64,000 nucleotides of DNA. Origin: Candidatus Pacebacteria bacterium GW2011_GWA1_46_10. Its GTDB lineage: Bacteria > Patescibacteriota > Microgenomatia > UBA1400 > PJMF01. The stretch lies in assembly GCA_001002135.1 (NCBI GenBank), contig LCLP01000001.1:230274-294273 (forward strand). The letters run 5' to 3'. A model generated the notes under the pieces. The model searched no databases and was not told the DNA's origin. It worked only from the letters and a program-made list of their open reading frames with translations. Of this stretch, positions 19,480-28,385 are shown piece after piece. Position 1 is the first letter of the stretch. The number at the start of each line of letters is the position of its first letter. A program made the position numbers and the translations under genes.

Positions 19480-19670
19480 TAATTTTTCCTTTCAGATAGA
19501 AAAGACTCTAAGTCGTGCTTGGATATTCGATGTTGTTTACCCGCCTTAACAGCGTGTAATTTTTTTGCCTGCACCCATCTATAAACAGTTAGATAGGCTA
19601 CTTTTAGCATTTTGGAGATTTCTTTAATGGAGTAATATTGCTCTTCTATCATATTAGTTATATTTATCAT
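19479..19670 (-). CDS. Excisionase-family / MerR-like HTH DNA-binding protein
   Basis: 63 aa with HTH segment IKEISKMLKVAYLTVYRWVQAKKLHAVKAGKQHRISKHDLESFL. It overlaps the hsdM start. Confidence 0.6.
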   Translation of the reverse strand: MINITNMIEEQYYSIKEISKMLKVAYLTVYRWVQAKKLHAVKAGKQHRISKHDLESFLSERKN

Positions 19671-20817
19671 TATTTAACATTGTATCTTGAAAATCAACTA
19701 GTTTTAGTGGTTCAAAATTGGTCAAATGCTCACGAATTACTTCAAGTGGGCTTTTGGAAGGGGGCAATTTGACGGTTTTTGCCTCTGCAATGAGTCTATA
19801 CCAACTCCTTTGACTGTATCCACTAAACATAGTTCTAAGCTCACGAGGCGTTATATCGTTGAAAATTTGTTTTAGTCCATAGAGCTGTACGGTTTTTTTT
19901 AGTCCAAGGCGAGAATTATTAATAATAAGGTCTGCCAATAAGGATTTTGGACTTGTTGGTTTGTAATCAAATAGCGGTAGTCGTTTACTTTCAACTTCAT
20001 CGAGATAATGTAGTAAGACTTGTTGAGAAATGCTTGGGCTAAAAAGGTTCTTATAAGTAAGCTCTGATTGAATGCCAAGCGTGCGGAATAACTGCTTTAT
20101 TTTCTGCCGTTTATTGAGCCGTACTTCCATTCGTAAGACCTCTAGCTGTTTTCTTTTCTCAAATGTATCAAAAAGGCTAAGTTGTAAGGCATTATCTCTT
20201 TCTACCGCTCGTTTCTCACTTTTCTTTGCCATTTCGAGGTCTTTTATCTTATCGTAAAAAGCTACTTCATATGAGTTGGCATGCCATTTGTAGCTGTGTC
20301 CATCATTGCGGTAGTCTGTTTGGTTTATATCGAGTGAAAGTTTTATATTTGCTTCATTAATCTTGCTAATAAGGTAATGAGGTGTAGACCCATCTGTTAG
20401 AGGTATATTTTTAGAATAATGAATAGCTGACACTGGTGCATTAAGTAAAAATTTTTCCCAAACCATCACGCCCATATCTTTAAGACGGGATTTTAATAGT
20501 TTGGTAACAGGATCAAAGTCGTCAATCGACAACTCGTCAAAATTATTGCCAAAAAGCAGTTTAGGCAGAGATAATTCTATTTTAAGTGTTGCTTCGCGCC
20601 TGCCTGTGTGGTTAAAACGGTTCGTTAAGGTAAGTCGTGGCTTATAGATACCACTTTGTAATTCTCGCTTAGTGGGGTTTTGTTTTGCAGGAATATATCC
20701 ACGACTACCCATAGATGAGTTTTCATCAAGTATTAGCCTAGCAGATGGTTCAAACCTATCTGGTTCTTTAATGTAATACATACCTTTACTTAGTGTTAAA
20801 ACTACTGTGTCTAGCAT
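19654..20817 (-). CDS. Hypothetical island protein (possible replication or mobilisation function, unproven)
   Basis: 387-aa ORF overlapping its neighbours within the same operon. No clear motif. Confidence 0.35.
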   Translation of the reverse strand: MLDTVVLTLSKGMYYIKEPDRFEPSARLILDENSSMGSRGYIPAKQNPTKRELQSGIYKPRLTLTNRFNHTGRREATLKIELSLPKLLFGNNFDELSIDDFDPVTKLLKSRLKDMGVMVWEKFLLNAPVSAIHYSKNIPLTDGSTPHYLISKINEANIKLSLDINQTDYRNDGHSYKWHANSYEVAFYDKIKDLEMAKKSEKRAVERDNALQLSLFDTFEKRKQLEVLRMEVRLNKRQKIKQLFRTLGIQSELTYKNLFSPSISQQVLLHYLDEVESKRLPLFDYKPTSPKSLLADLIINNSRLGLKKTVQLYGLKQIFNDITPRELRTMFSGYSQRSWYRLIAEAKTVKLPPSKSPLEVIREHLTNFEPLKLVDFQDTMLNNDKYN

Positions 20818-21082
20818 ACATTTTGGTTACATTTTCAAACTTTGAAATGATTACTTTTTCTATTTTTTCCGCAATATTTCGGTTAATGGGATGAAAGATA
20901 TTAAAATTACCGCTCGGACCCTTGCGAGTGGGGTAGGTCAATCGATACCCACCTTGCGGTCTGGTATAGATACCAATGGACCCAAAATAAAAGCTGTCGT
21001 TATAAACGAAGCTCGCAAAACCCACCAAGCCATCTCTTGCTTTGATTGGTGTTATTTGAACTTCGCTTAATATGTCTTTCAT
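20786..21082 (-). CDS. SpoVG-like nucleic-acid-binding protein
   Basis: Resembles SpoVG: N-terminal VQITPIKARDGLVGFASFVYNDSFYF, YPTRKGPSGNF and the HPIN motif. Confidence 0.5.
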   Translation of the reverse strand: MKDILSEVQITPIKARDGLVGFASFVYNDSFYFGSIGIYTRPQGGYRLTYPTRKGPSGNFNIFHPINRNIAEKIEKVIISKFENVTKMYARHSSFNTK

Positions 21083-21417
21083 ATTTTCCCCTTAGGTTGG
21101 TTTTCAATAGATAATCCATCGATGCATCGTTCCAACTCTTTATCACTCCAATTTTCAAGTGATTCCCAACCCATCATCAATAAATCCTCTAAAACCTCTG
21201 TATTTTGAGCGTGACAAATATCACAGACCTTGTCATTAATGATGATTTGGTATGCTCTATCACGGCTTACTTGTTTACCAAATGCTTGGATTTTTACACC
21301 CATCTTTTCTTTACGTGCTCGAATGCCTTCTTTTACCCTCTTACTAAATAGTCTGTGATAATCAGTTGTCAACAAATCCAGAAGTTGAGTCTGAAAACTC
21401 TTGTTTATTTTTTTCAT
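21079..21417 (-). CDS. Hypothetical protein; first gene of the minus-strand island operon
   Basis: 112-aa ORF with a palindrome and a conserved 5' motif upstream. Confidence 0.4.
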   Translation of the reverse strand: MKKINKSFQTQLLDLLTTDYHRLFSKRVKEGIRARKEKMGVKIQAFGKQVSRDRAYQIIINDKVCDICHAQNTEVLEDLLMMGWESLENWSDKELERCIDGLSIENQPKGKI

Positions 21418-21429
21418 TTGTTACTTTCT

Positions 21430-21444
21430 TTGACCGTTGGTCAA
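21430..21444. promoter_or_regulatory. 15-bp palindrome ttgaccgttggtcaa in the 5' UTR of the 21417 gene
   Basis: Perfect inverted repeat about 14 nt upstream of the start codon (minus orientation). Confidence 0.4.
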
Positions 21445-21617
21445 TACTTATTAGAATTGAGAAAAAATCAGTCAACCTTGCCATATCATCAACATCAAAG
21501 CCTTCCGTACTCCTTTCAGGGCTTTGCAACTTTTTGAGCTGGGAATTGGTAAAGCTCGACCGCATTAAGTCGAGGATATAAAAAGGAAGGTTGTCCCAAG
21601 TGGGTCAACTAGTTGTC

Positions 21618-23192
21618 CTACTTTTTGTGGAACAAGAAATCGGAGTTTATATTAACCGTCATCATCGAGTAAATAAAGAAGTTTTGCTTGCCAGTCTTGC
21701 TAGCAATTACAGCATTGAGGTCCCTACAAAGATAGTAAATTTTCCGTTGAGCTTGTTTGGTATCATAATCGTTTGAACCACTGATTGCTTCATAAAGTTC
21801 GACTGATTGCCATTCTTGTTTTGCGATGTTTTTGTTTTTTGACAATATTTTGAGTAATTCTGTGCGATTTGTGTTACTTTTCAACTTAATAGTCTTGTTT
21901 GCCACTGTTAATGTGTTGGTTCTAGTATCGAAACTCCAAGTATCACTAGAAGACTCCACTACTGTTGGTTGTTTTATTGTCGACTCATCAGGAACTTGTT
22001 TTCGTTCGTGTTCATCAAATTTGAGTAATAATTCTTTGGCATATAAATGAACACGCTCCATGTAATTTTTGTAAGTTTCGACATGGAACTCACGAATGTA
22101 GTGATTTGGGTCATGTGGTTTAGTTAGTATTGTATTCAACTCATCAGATAGCATTCCTGCCGATAATGCAGTAAGTGGTTTGCCACTCTCCATGTACTGC
22201 TTGTAAACACTCTCATGATCTATGTAGAGCCTATGAAATGTAAATAGCTTGTCCCAGCTGAACCACGGTCTTGTTTCCCGCAGACGTTCTTGCTTTAGTT
22301 TTTCTTGTTTGTGCCCCTCATAACTTGGTGAAAAAATATACTTCCTCACAAAGCCGTCAGGAGTTAGTTCAGCGTACTGTTGGGCAATTTTTAGGTGTTC
22401 GGTATTTTTTGTTGCCACTAATCCTCGAATAATATCCTCAACTTCACCAATTCGACCAGACAGTGGTCCCTCAGTGCTTTCTATTGTTCCTTTTTCGTAA
22501 GAGTGGTAGTTCTTTATTGCCCCAGTAATAATTGCATTTTTTATGCCTGCTTTTGAACAATATACAGAGAGTTTCTGAAATGCCTTGTCTATTTCAGAAT
22601 AAGCCAGCTTTTCGAGTTGTTTTAATTTAGTTGTTTCGGTGTTACCTAAATCGTTAAGAGCACGAACGACGCCCCTAAGCAAGCCCTCTCTAAAATAGCC
22701 ATCAACATATTCGAACAGGTTGCTAAAAAAGAACTTCGGTTCAGCTGTTTCTTTTACTCTTTTGTAAATTGCGTCGATTTGTTCTACTAATAAGGAGACT
22801 TCTGAAACTGGGTTATCTAATTGAGAAAACTCTGGTGGATTCTCTTTGCCCTCGTATATGTTCCTTTGGTACTCATTTAGATATGTAGTGACGTCGCATA
22901 TCTTTTGATACTTAGTGTAAACGGTCTCAAACGTAGAAGGGTAGATGTCAAGGTAGAGCACGTCGTTAGTACTAACTGGTGGTTCAAACGGGCTTTCTCG
23001 CACTCGTAGAGCACCTAATTCCTGCAACTTGAAAATGATACCCTCACGTCTGTCCCTTGGAATAATGCCTGCACCAGCAACGTGTGGCATTTTGTATTTC
23101 ACTGGCTTATCATTTTGAGTTGCGAGTGTTTCCTCTTTGATGTCTTGGAGTATTTCCCAAACCTGCTGATTAAACTTTTCTTCTGGCGTCAT
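21618..23192 (-). CDS. Hypothetical 524-aa protein with no recognisable domain
   Basis: Long uninterrupted AT-rich ORF, divergent from the AlbA_2/HD gene pair. Confidence 0.5.
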   Translation of the reverse strand: MTPEEKFNQQVWEILQDIKEETLATQNDKPVKYKMPHVAGAGIIPRDRREGIIFKLQELGALRVRESPFEPPVSTNDVLYLDIYPSTFETVYTKYQKICDVTTYLNEYQRNIYEGKENPPEFSQLDNPVSEVSLLVEQIDAIYKRVKETAEPKFFFSNLFEYVDGYFREGLLRGVVRALNDLGNTETTKLKQLEKLAYSEIDKAFQKLSVYCSKAGIKNAIITGAIKNYHSYEKGTIESTEGPLSGRIGEVEDIIRGLVATKNTEHLKIAQQYAELTPDGFVRKYIFSPSYEGHKQEKLKQERLRETRPWFSWDKLFTFHRLYIDHESVYKQYMESGKPLTALSAGMLSDELNTILTKPHDPNHYIREFHVETYKNYMERVHLYAKELLLKFDEHERKQVPDESTIKQPTVVESSSDTWSFDTRTNTLTVANKTIKLKSNTNRTELLKILSKNKNIAKQEWQSVELYEAISGSNDYDTKQAQRKIYYLCRDLNAVIASKTGKQNFFIYSMMTVNINSDFLFHKK

Positions 23193-23260
23193 AGTTCGTT
23201 ACATTTTCAAAACTTATGTTTGTTTATCATATTTTATCAGTTTAACGATAGAATAGTGTT

Positions 23261-24712
23261 ATGGGAGACAAGGCAAAAAAAGCTATAGAAACTCGAAGTA
23301 TTTCACTCGATGAAGTGATTGCCATCCTTTCGTCTAACAAACCTGAAGAATTGATTGGAGTAGAAGAAACGGCATATTTTGAGTGTAGAGGGGTTTCCTA
23401 TTTAACTTCTTTTGGTGAACAATCAGACATAGAAAGACATAAGTTTAATTTGGTTAAAGACGTGGTTTCGATTGCCAATTCTGGTGGTGGGGTTATCTGC
23501 ATCGGTGTCAAAACTTTAGAAAAGTCGAATGAAAAAACAGAGTATATTACCGAGATTGCACCAGTTCCTAAAGACCATATTCAAATGAAGAGTTGGGAAG
23601 ACATACTTTTTGGTTATAGTATTCCGAAATTTAAGAGACAGTGGCTTAAATATGGATACAGTGGCACAGATAAAAAAGTCTTTTGGATAAAGATTGCGGA
23701 CATTCGGGAGACTGCGGAATACCCAGTATTGGTGAGTTTATCTAAGAAATATGAGGAGGGTGTATCAACCGTTAAAGAGAACTTTGGTTTGTACTTTAGA
23801 GACCGTTCAGTCAATGTTCCATATTCTCCTGAAAAACTGCACACATTTATTCAGGCAGGGTTTAGAGGGAATGACAATGGTCAAGCGAGATACCTTAAAT
23901 CTATGCTAGAAGCGATTGACACAAAAATAGACCTACTTTCAAAAAAAGTGAGTAAAGAAGACGCAAAACAAATAAAACTTGAATTAAGAGAGGAGATTGC
24001 CAATTACGTTATTCAAAAGCTCGATAGCTCAAAAGGTCTTTTCTACCTTTTTGCTTTTCCTGTCAAAGATGCAGTAATCAAAGAGTTCTGGGAGCAAGGC
24101 GATAAATCTGTTTATCACCTTATCAAGAACACGCCACATTTAAGAGAGACGGGTTGGGATTTACGTGTAGCTCAGTCTGAGTATCCATATCCCAATAAAA
24201 ATAAATGGGAAATTACAAATGGTAATCGTAAGCTCACGAGCTTTGATATTCGAGGTAGATTGTTTAGTGCTGGTTCAATAGACGGGTTCTTAAATTGGGG
24301 GGTTAGAGATTATAAAACAGACGAAAAACACAACATAGTAAATGCATTTGCTCTAACAGAATATATTGATAGTTTTTTCCAAACCTTGGAAGTATTCAAA
24401 ACGGTTTTTGATATAAAAAGTGATTATGAGGTTGAAGCTGGGTTTTTGGAGGCTGGAAGCAACACTAAACTCTTATTTCCTCCTCATATTATAAGTATTT
24501 TCCACGCTTTGACAGAAACCATCAAACAGGAAAAATGGGATGTAGACGTTAGGCTGGAAGACGATAAGCACCCCTCTTATTTTGCTGGACAATTAATACA
24601 AGAAATTTATGTAAGTGGATTTGGTTATGTGAGCCATCCAGATTATCCTTATCTTACTAAAGATGATAAAGGGTATAAGGTTAATGAGGCTTTGTATATC
24701 AGACAAAAATAG
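23261..24712 (+). CDS. Protein with an N-terminal AlbA_2/Schlafen-like domain and an unknown C-terminal domain
   Basis: VKDVVSIANSGGGVICIGVKTLEKSNEK matches the AlbA_2 G-G-x-I-x-I-G-V block. Upstream an E/EF-rich segment (VEETAYFECRGVSY) is present. Confidence 0.5.
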   Translation: MGDKAKKAIETRSISLDEVIAILSSNKPEELIGVEETAYFECRGVSYLTSFGEQSDIERHKFNLVKDVVSIANSGGGVICIGVKTLEKSNEKTEYITEIAPVPKDHIQMKSWEDILFGYSIPKFKRQWLKYGYSGTDKKVFWIKIADIRETAEYPVLVSLSKKYEEGVSTVKENFGLYFRDRSVNVPYSPEKLHTFIQAGFRGNDNGQARYLKSMLEAIDTKIDLLSKKVSKEDAKQIKLELREEIANYVIQKLDSSKGLFYLFAFPVKDAVIKEFWEQGDKSVYHLIKNTPHLRETGWDLRVAQSEYPYPNKNKWEITNGNRKLTSFDIRGRLFSAGSIDGFLNWGVRDYKTDEKHNIVNAFALTEYIDSFFQTLEVFKTVFDIKSDYEVEAGFLEAGSNTKLLFPPHIISIFHALTETIKQEKWDVDVRLEDDKHPSYFAGQLIQEIYVSGFGYVSHPDYPYLTKDDKGYKVNEALYIRQK

Positions 24713-24843
24713 CTTTAGGTAATCGCAAGATTAAAGGTGTCGAATACTGTTTGGATATTTTGTAAACTAAATCCAAACTCTATCTCTCGGTTCTTAAATG
24801 CGTCAACCAGGGGGAGCTTAATATATTTTGATATAATTGATAA

Positions 24844-25467
24844 ATGGCATTTGATGAGGTTCTTTCTCCTGTTCTTCAGACAGATTTGAGGTCTAAGTAT
24901 CACCCCGTTCTTGTCGCTTATCAAAATAATGAGTGGATAAGAGAGCAAATGGCATTGCTCGAAAGTCACGGCGATCTAGATCATGCGGTACGGGTTGCTT
25001 TTTTGGCAGCTGAGTTAGCAAAGCATGTGGAAATGAACGATGATGAGATATTGATTATTGCCAAAGCAGGGTTGTTGCACGATCTAGGAAAATTACAAAT
25101 ACCGCCTGAAATTTTTAAAAAAGTACAACTTACAGAAAAAGAGAGAGCTTTAGTTGATGAGCACGTTCGAGCTGGCTTTGAGTTGGTGAAGGAGCGTTTC
25201 CCGTTTGTAGCAAAAATAATGGTTGCTCATCACGAGTTTCAAGCTAGAAGGTACCCGAGAAAAAATGACCGAGATCCTGTTGGCACGAGACTGAGGGAAT
25301 TGCAGAGATTATTAGCAATCGCCGACCAGACAGACGCTCTGTTGAGTGCCAGGTCATACAAAAAAAGATGGCCAATCTATAAAGTGAGAGAATACCTTAA
25401 TGATTTATTTGATGATCACCACTTAATCGATTTTTCTATTGCTAAAAGAATCAGCATAGTAGATTAA
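24844..25467 (+). CDS. HD-domain metal-dependent phosphohydrolase
   Basis: H...HD...H...D pattern in HAVRVAFLAAELAKH, GLLHDLGK, AHHE and DQTDAL. Confidence 0.65.
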   Translation: MAFDEVLSPVLQTDLRSKYHPVLVAYQNNEWIREQMALLESHGDLDHAVRVAFLAAELAKHVEMNDDEILIIAKAGLLHDLGKLQIPPEIFKKVQLTEKERALVDEHVRAGFELVKERFPFVAKIMVAHHEFQARRYPRKNDRDPVGTRLRELQRLLAIADQTDALLSARSYKKRWPIYKVREYLNDLFDDHHLIDFSIAKRISIVD

Positions 25468-25473
25468 ATTTTT

Positions 25474-25830
25474 TTAAATCTTTTTTCCGGCAATTTTTTG
25501 TCGGAGGATTTCAAATTCGGGTATTTCTGCGTCCAGATTCTGAGCGACCACAAGTAAGTTATCAATGGCGTTCTGAGCGTCTTCCCAGAGTCCGGCAGCT
25601 GCATAAGTTTGGGCAAGATGGTAGTTGAACCAGAGATCACGTTCTGGGCCGGCCCAGGCAGAGTCAGCTTCTTGTTGGAGTTGATGGATAAACTCATCTA
25701 GAGCTTGGCGAAGCTCGTTTTCAGGTTTTTGTTCACGCACTGTTTGGATGAATATCTCCCTGCTTGGTTTGGCCGTTGCCGTCTCGGCAATAACTGAGTC
25801 ATATGTGGCTGGCTTTGTCTCTTTGTCCAT
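25474..25830 (-). CDS. Hypothetical small helical protein
   Basis: 118-aa ORF convergent with the HD gene. Confidence 0.35.
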   Translation of the reverse strand: MDKETKPATYDSVIAETATAKPSREIFIQTVREQKPENELRQALDEFIHQLQQEADSAWAGPERDLWFNYHLAQTYAAAGLWEDAQNAIDNLLVVAQNLDAEIPEFEILRQKIAGKKI

Positions 25831-25943
25831 AGGTTTACTTTACAATAAAAGATTAAGAAATCATAGAAAAATAGTCAAATTCTAGCAATCGTTCTTAAAA
25901 ACGACTTGGATTTGTGATACTTAAGATGGTGTTCGGATAAAAT

Positions 25944-25965
25944 CCTCCTGGGGGGAGCCAAGGGT
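25944..25965 (+). repeat. Degenerate copy of the tRNA-Asn 3' end (tcctcctggggggagccaag); candidate attR
   Basis: The tRNA 3' end at 11496..11516 reads gagtccacccgggggagccaaag. The candidate at 25941..25970 reads aatcctcctggggggagccaagggttaaag. About 17 of 22 positions match, with one indel. Confidence 0.35.
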
Positions 25966-26012
25966 TAAAGTTTCCTTGTAGTCTGTATAAAACCTTCTTA
26001 TAATGTAACTAA

Positions 26013-26624
26013 ATGCCTAAAGAAACATCGAATGGTAATCCCACTGAGGAAGAAGTGTTGAAAAGGAATCCTACCGAAAAACTGGTTTTAGCCTCAATTG
26101 TTAATGAGGTTTGCGCAATTTATCCAGGGGACGAGTTTGACGAAGATCGTCTTTTAGAAAACGCCCGAAGGATTATAGATGCCCTTAATCAATTAGAGGT
26201 AAGTGGTACGCACGCATCTTTTTCAAAATATGGAAACTCTAAAACATTCAGTGGTTTAGCCTCTACTGGTAGCGGTACCGTTCAACATGATCTTTCAGAT
26301 CAAAAAACAGAAAAAACTACTAAGATTGGGAAGCGCGTGGAAGAGCGGATAGGTTTATATAAAGTTATAAAAAAAGACGACGGCAGTTATTTTACTTTAA
26401 CATTCAGTTACTTCTTGGAGCAGGTAAATACTGAAAAGGCAATTGTGTCGGTTGGGCCGTTGACCAATATTTCCTACGACAGAGAAGATCATTCTATTAA
26501 GGGGGTCTCCAAAGGTCTACCAAAATTGCTTGAGCTTTTTGGATACAAAATACTCTGGTTTAAAACCACCAGCTTGTGGGGTAAATATAAACCAGCATCA
26601 ATTGCTGTAGAAATACTTAGATAG
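26013..26624 (+). CDS. Hypothetical protein
   Basis: 203-aa ORF with no motif. Confidence 0.4.
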   Translation: MPKETSNGNPTEEEVLKRNPTEKLVLASIVNEVCAIYPGDEFDEDRLLENARRIIDALNQLEVSGTHASFSKYGNSKTFSGLASTGSGTVQHDLSDQKTEKTTKIGKRVEERIGLYKVIKKDDGSYFTLTFSYFLEQVNTEKAIVSVGPLTNISYDREDHSIKGVSKGLPKLLELFGYKILWFKTTSLWGKYKPASIAVEILR

Positions 26625-26860
26625 GAACACTCCATTCTACATATTCAACTAAACGGAACGGGTAATTCTCGAACAACTAGTATGAAACAAATTCGATAAG
26701 GGGGCAATCAATCCCAAAGAGATAAAAATTGGCGCGTTGATGAAAAAAGCAGTGATCTTAGAACCAAGCTCATCACTGTTCTCAACTTTCTCGATACCAG
26801 GAAGCTTAAATGAAGTCTTATAGTATATTCGAATTCCTTTCTTTGATATAATTTTTAACA

Positions 26861-27670
26861 ATGAATTTACCCTCGGAAGAAACTCCTATTTCGGTTTGGG
26901 AACAAGGAGATGAAGCAATAGCAGAACATTTACGTTCTGTGAGGAAAACGGTTGATTATAAATTACTAGTTTCTCAAGATTCTCAGATTACTTTCTTTGG
27001 AGAAAGGCACGGGAATACACTCATTGATAGAGAGATAGAGAGTAATGCTGCGCAGTTGAGAGAGTTGGGAGTGACTACTTTCTTGATAGAGGCTCCTGAT
27101 ACTGAAGAGCAAAGAGAACTATTTACTTTAATTAATCGAGGCGATTTTAGTAGGATAAAAGAAACTGATTTGGGTAAATTAGTCGAACCAGGTTCGGTGA
27201 GCTCATATACACGTATTACTCAAGCAAGCAAAATTAGCTTAGCCAAAGCTTTACACCAGGCGGGAATTGAGATGATACCTGTGGATCACATTGCGAGCAG
27301 ACAAGTTGCCTATCAGACGCGCCAACAGGCTTTAAGAGAGAACGTTGAGGCTATTATTGGCAGTGGGAGATCGGGGATTGTCAGTCTGATTGGGCAGTAT
27401 CACGCAATAAGAAGAGAGAGGACTAATGTGCTGATTAACATGTTGGAAAAAAGAGGCATTAGTTGTCATTCGGCGATTTTTGTTGGTGGGCTCGAGGAGA
27501 CTGAGAAAGTGACTGAGCCAGCCAAGTTGGCAAAGCTTGATCACGAAAGGTTTATGTTCGCAGGGGAGGGTAATTATCCGTTTGGAGGTAGAGTGGATTG
27601 GGTAGTGCATTTACCACAACAAAATTTGACGATGACTGAGAGATTAAAGTCTCTAGAAGAAGATGTTTAG
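26861..27670 (+). CDS. Hypothetical protein, possibly ChaN/TraB/Tiki-superfamily-like
   Basis: GERH motif near the N-terminus (FFGERHGNTLIDRE) and overall alpha/beta pattern. Weak support. Confidence 0.35.
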   Translation: MNLPSEETPISVWEQGDEAIAEHLRSVRKTVDYKLLVSQDSQITFFGERHGNTLIDREIESNAAQLRELGVTTFLIEAPDTEEQRELFTLINRGDFSRIKETDLGKLVEPGSVSSYTRITQASKISLAKALHQAGIEMIPVDHIASRQVAYQTRQQALRENVEAIIGSGRSGIVSLIGQYHAIRRERTNVLINMLEKRGISCHSAIFVGGLEETEKVTEPAKLAKLDHERFMFAGEGNYPFGGRVDWVVHLPQQNLTMTERLKSLEEDV

Positions 27671-27733
27671 AGTTCTTATTAATTCATGAAGATGAAGCTC
27701 TAGTTTTCCTTACAGATGATCTTCTTTGTCCAG

Positions 27734-28093
27734 CTAGGCGTCTTGCTTTGTTTGGTGAGTGATGCCGTCTTTATGATGAGGTGGGGAGTAAAGTGTATAA
27801 AGTTTGAGTGGTTTGTCTGGTGAAGTGTTAATGACATTGTGTTGAGTCCCAGCCGGAACAACAATGGCATCTCCGTCTTTGATCAAATGCTCCTCGCCGT
27901 TCATAATCAGTTTTCCCTCGCCGGCCTCGACCCGTAAAAACTGATCCACGATTTCGTGAACCTCCATCCCGATTTCTTCATTTGGCTTGAGTGACATGAG
28001 GACAAGTTGGGTATGTTGGCCGGTGTATAGTACCTGGCGGAAGAAGTCGTTTTGGAGGGTTAACTCTTCGATGTTTTGCAAAAAGCCAATCAT
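27734..28093 (-). CDS. Cupin-domain protein
   Basis: Cupin motifs: HEIVDQFLRVEAGEG and GDAIVVPAGTQHNVIN. Confidence 0.6.
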   Translation of the reverse strand: MIGFLQNIEELTLQNDFFRQVLYTGQHTQLVLMSLKPNEEIGMEVHEIVDQFLRVEAGEGKLIMNGEEHLIKDGDAIVVPAGTQHNVINTSPDKPLKLYTLYSPPHHKDGITHQTKQDA

Positions 28094-28385
28094 TTTTTCC
28101 TCCTTTAATTTTAATTAAGTAGTACGATGCCGGCATTCAGTAGCGTGGCAAAACTAACCCAAAGTAGATAAGGCACCAGTAAACACGCCGCCTAAAATGC
28201 CGACTAACTCACAGCCGATAATGGAGATGATAAGCTTGGGCAGGTTTTTCATCTCTTTTCAGAGTAAAGTAAGCTTGATAAGAAAACAATCAGTATCGCA
28301 GAAAGCGGTTGACCTCTTTTGTCATATTCGACTGTCAGGAACTTCTTGGTGTATTTCAACCATAGTCTTTGTTAAGATTAAGATT

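Larger units (their letters stand above)
11440..25965. mobile_element. Putative integrative island at the tRNA-Asn 3' end (serine recombinase, Type I R-M and accessory genes), visibly AT-richer than flanking DNA
   Basis: The recombinase ORF overlaps the tRNA 3' half. Composition shifts to AT-rich from about 11.5 kb. A degenerate copy of the tRNA 3' end lies at 25944..25965. The right boundary is uncertain, as AT-rich DNA continues to about 29 kb. Confidence 0.45.

Noticed and set aside
19654-20817. Assignment of the 387-aa island protein as a rolling-circle Rep or primase
   Set aside because: No catalytic Tyr/HUH or primase motifs could be identified by eye. Left as hypothetical.
24715-24969. 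84-aa minus-strand ORF overlapping the HD gene start, plus many other 60-120-aa ORFs antisense to or inside long genes (for example 231..425, 528..792, 3865..4116, 7718..8086, 8124..8672, 9237..9569, 9719..10839, 13258..15204, 45504..46265, 55361..56164, 62540..63446)
   Set aside because: These are shadow ORFs inside confidently assigned genes on the other strand or frame. They lack motifs, plausible starts or RBS.
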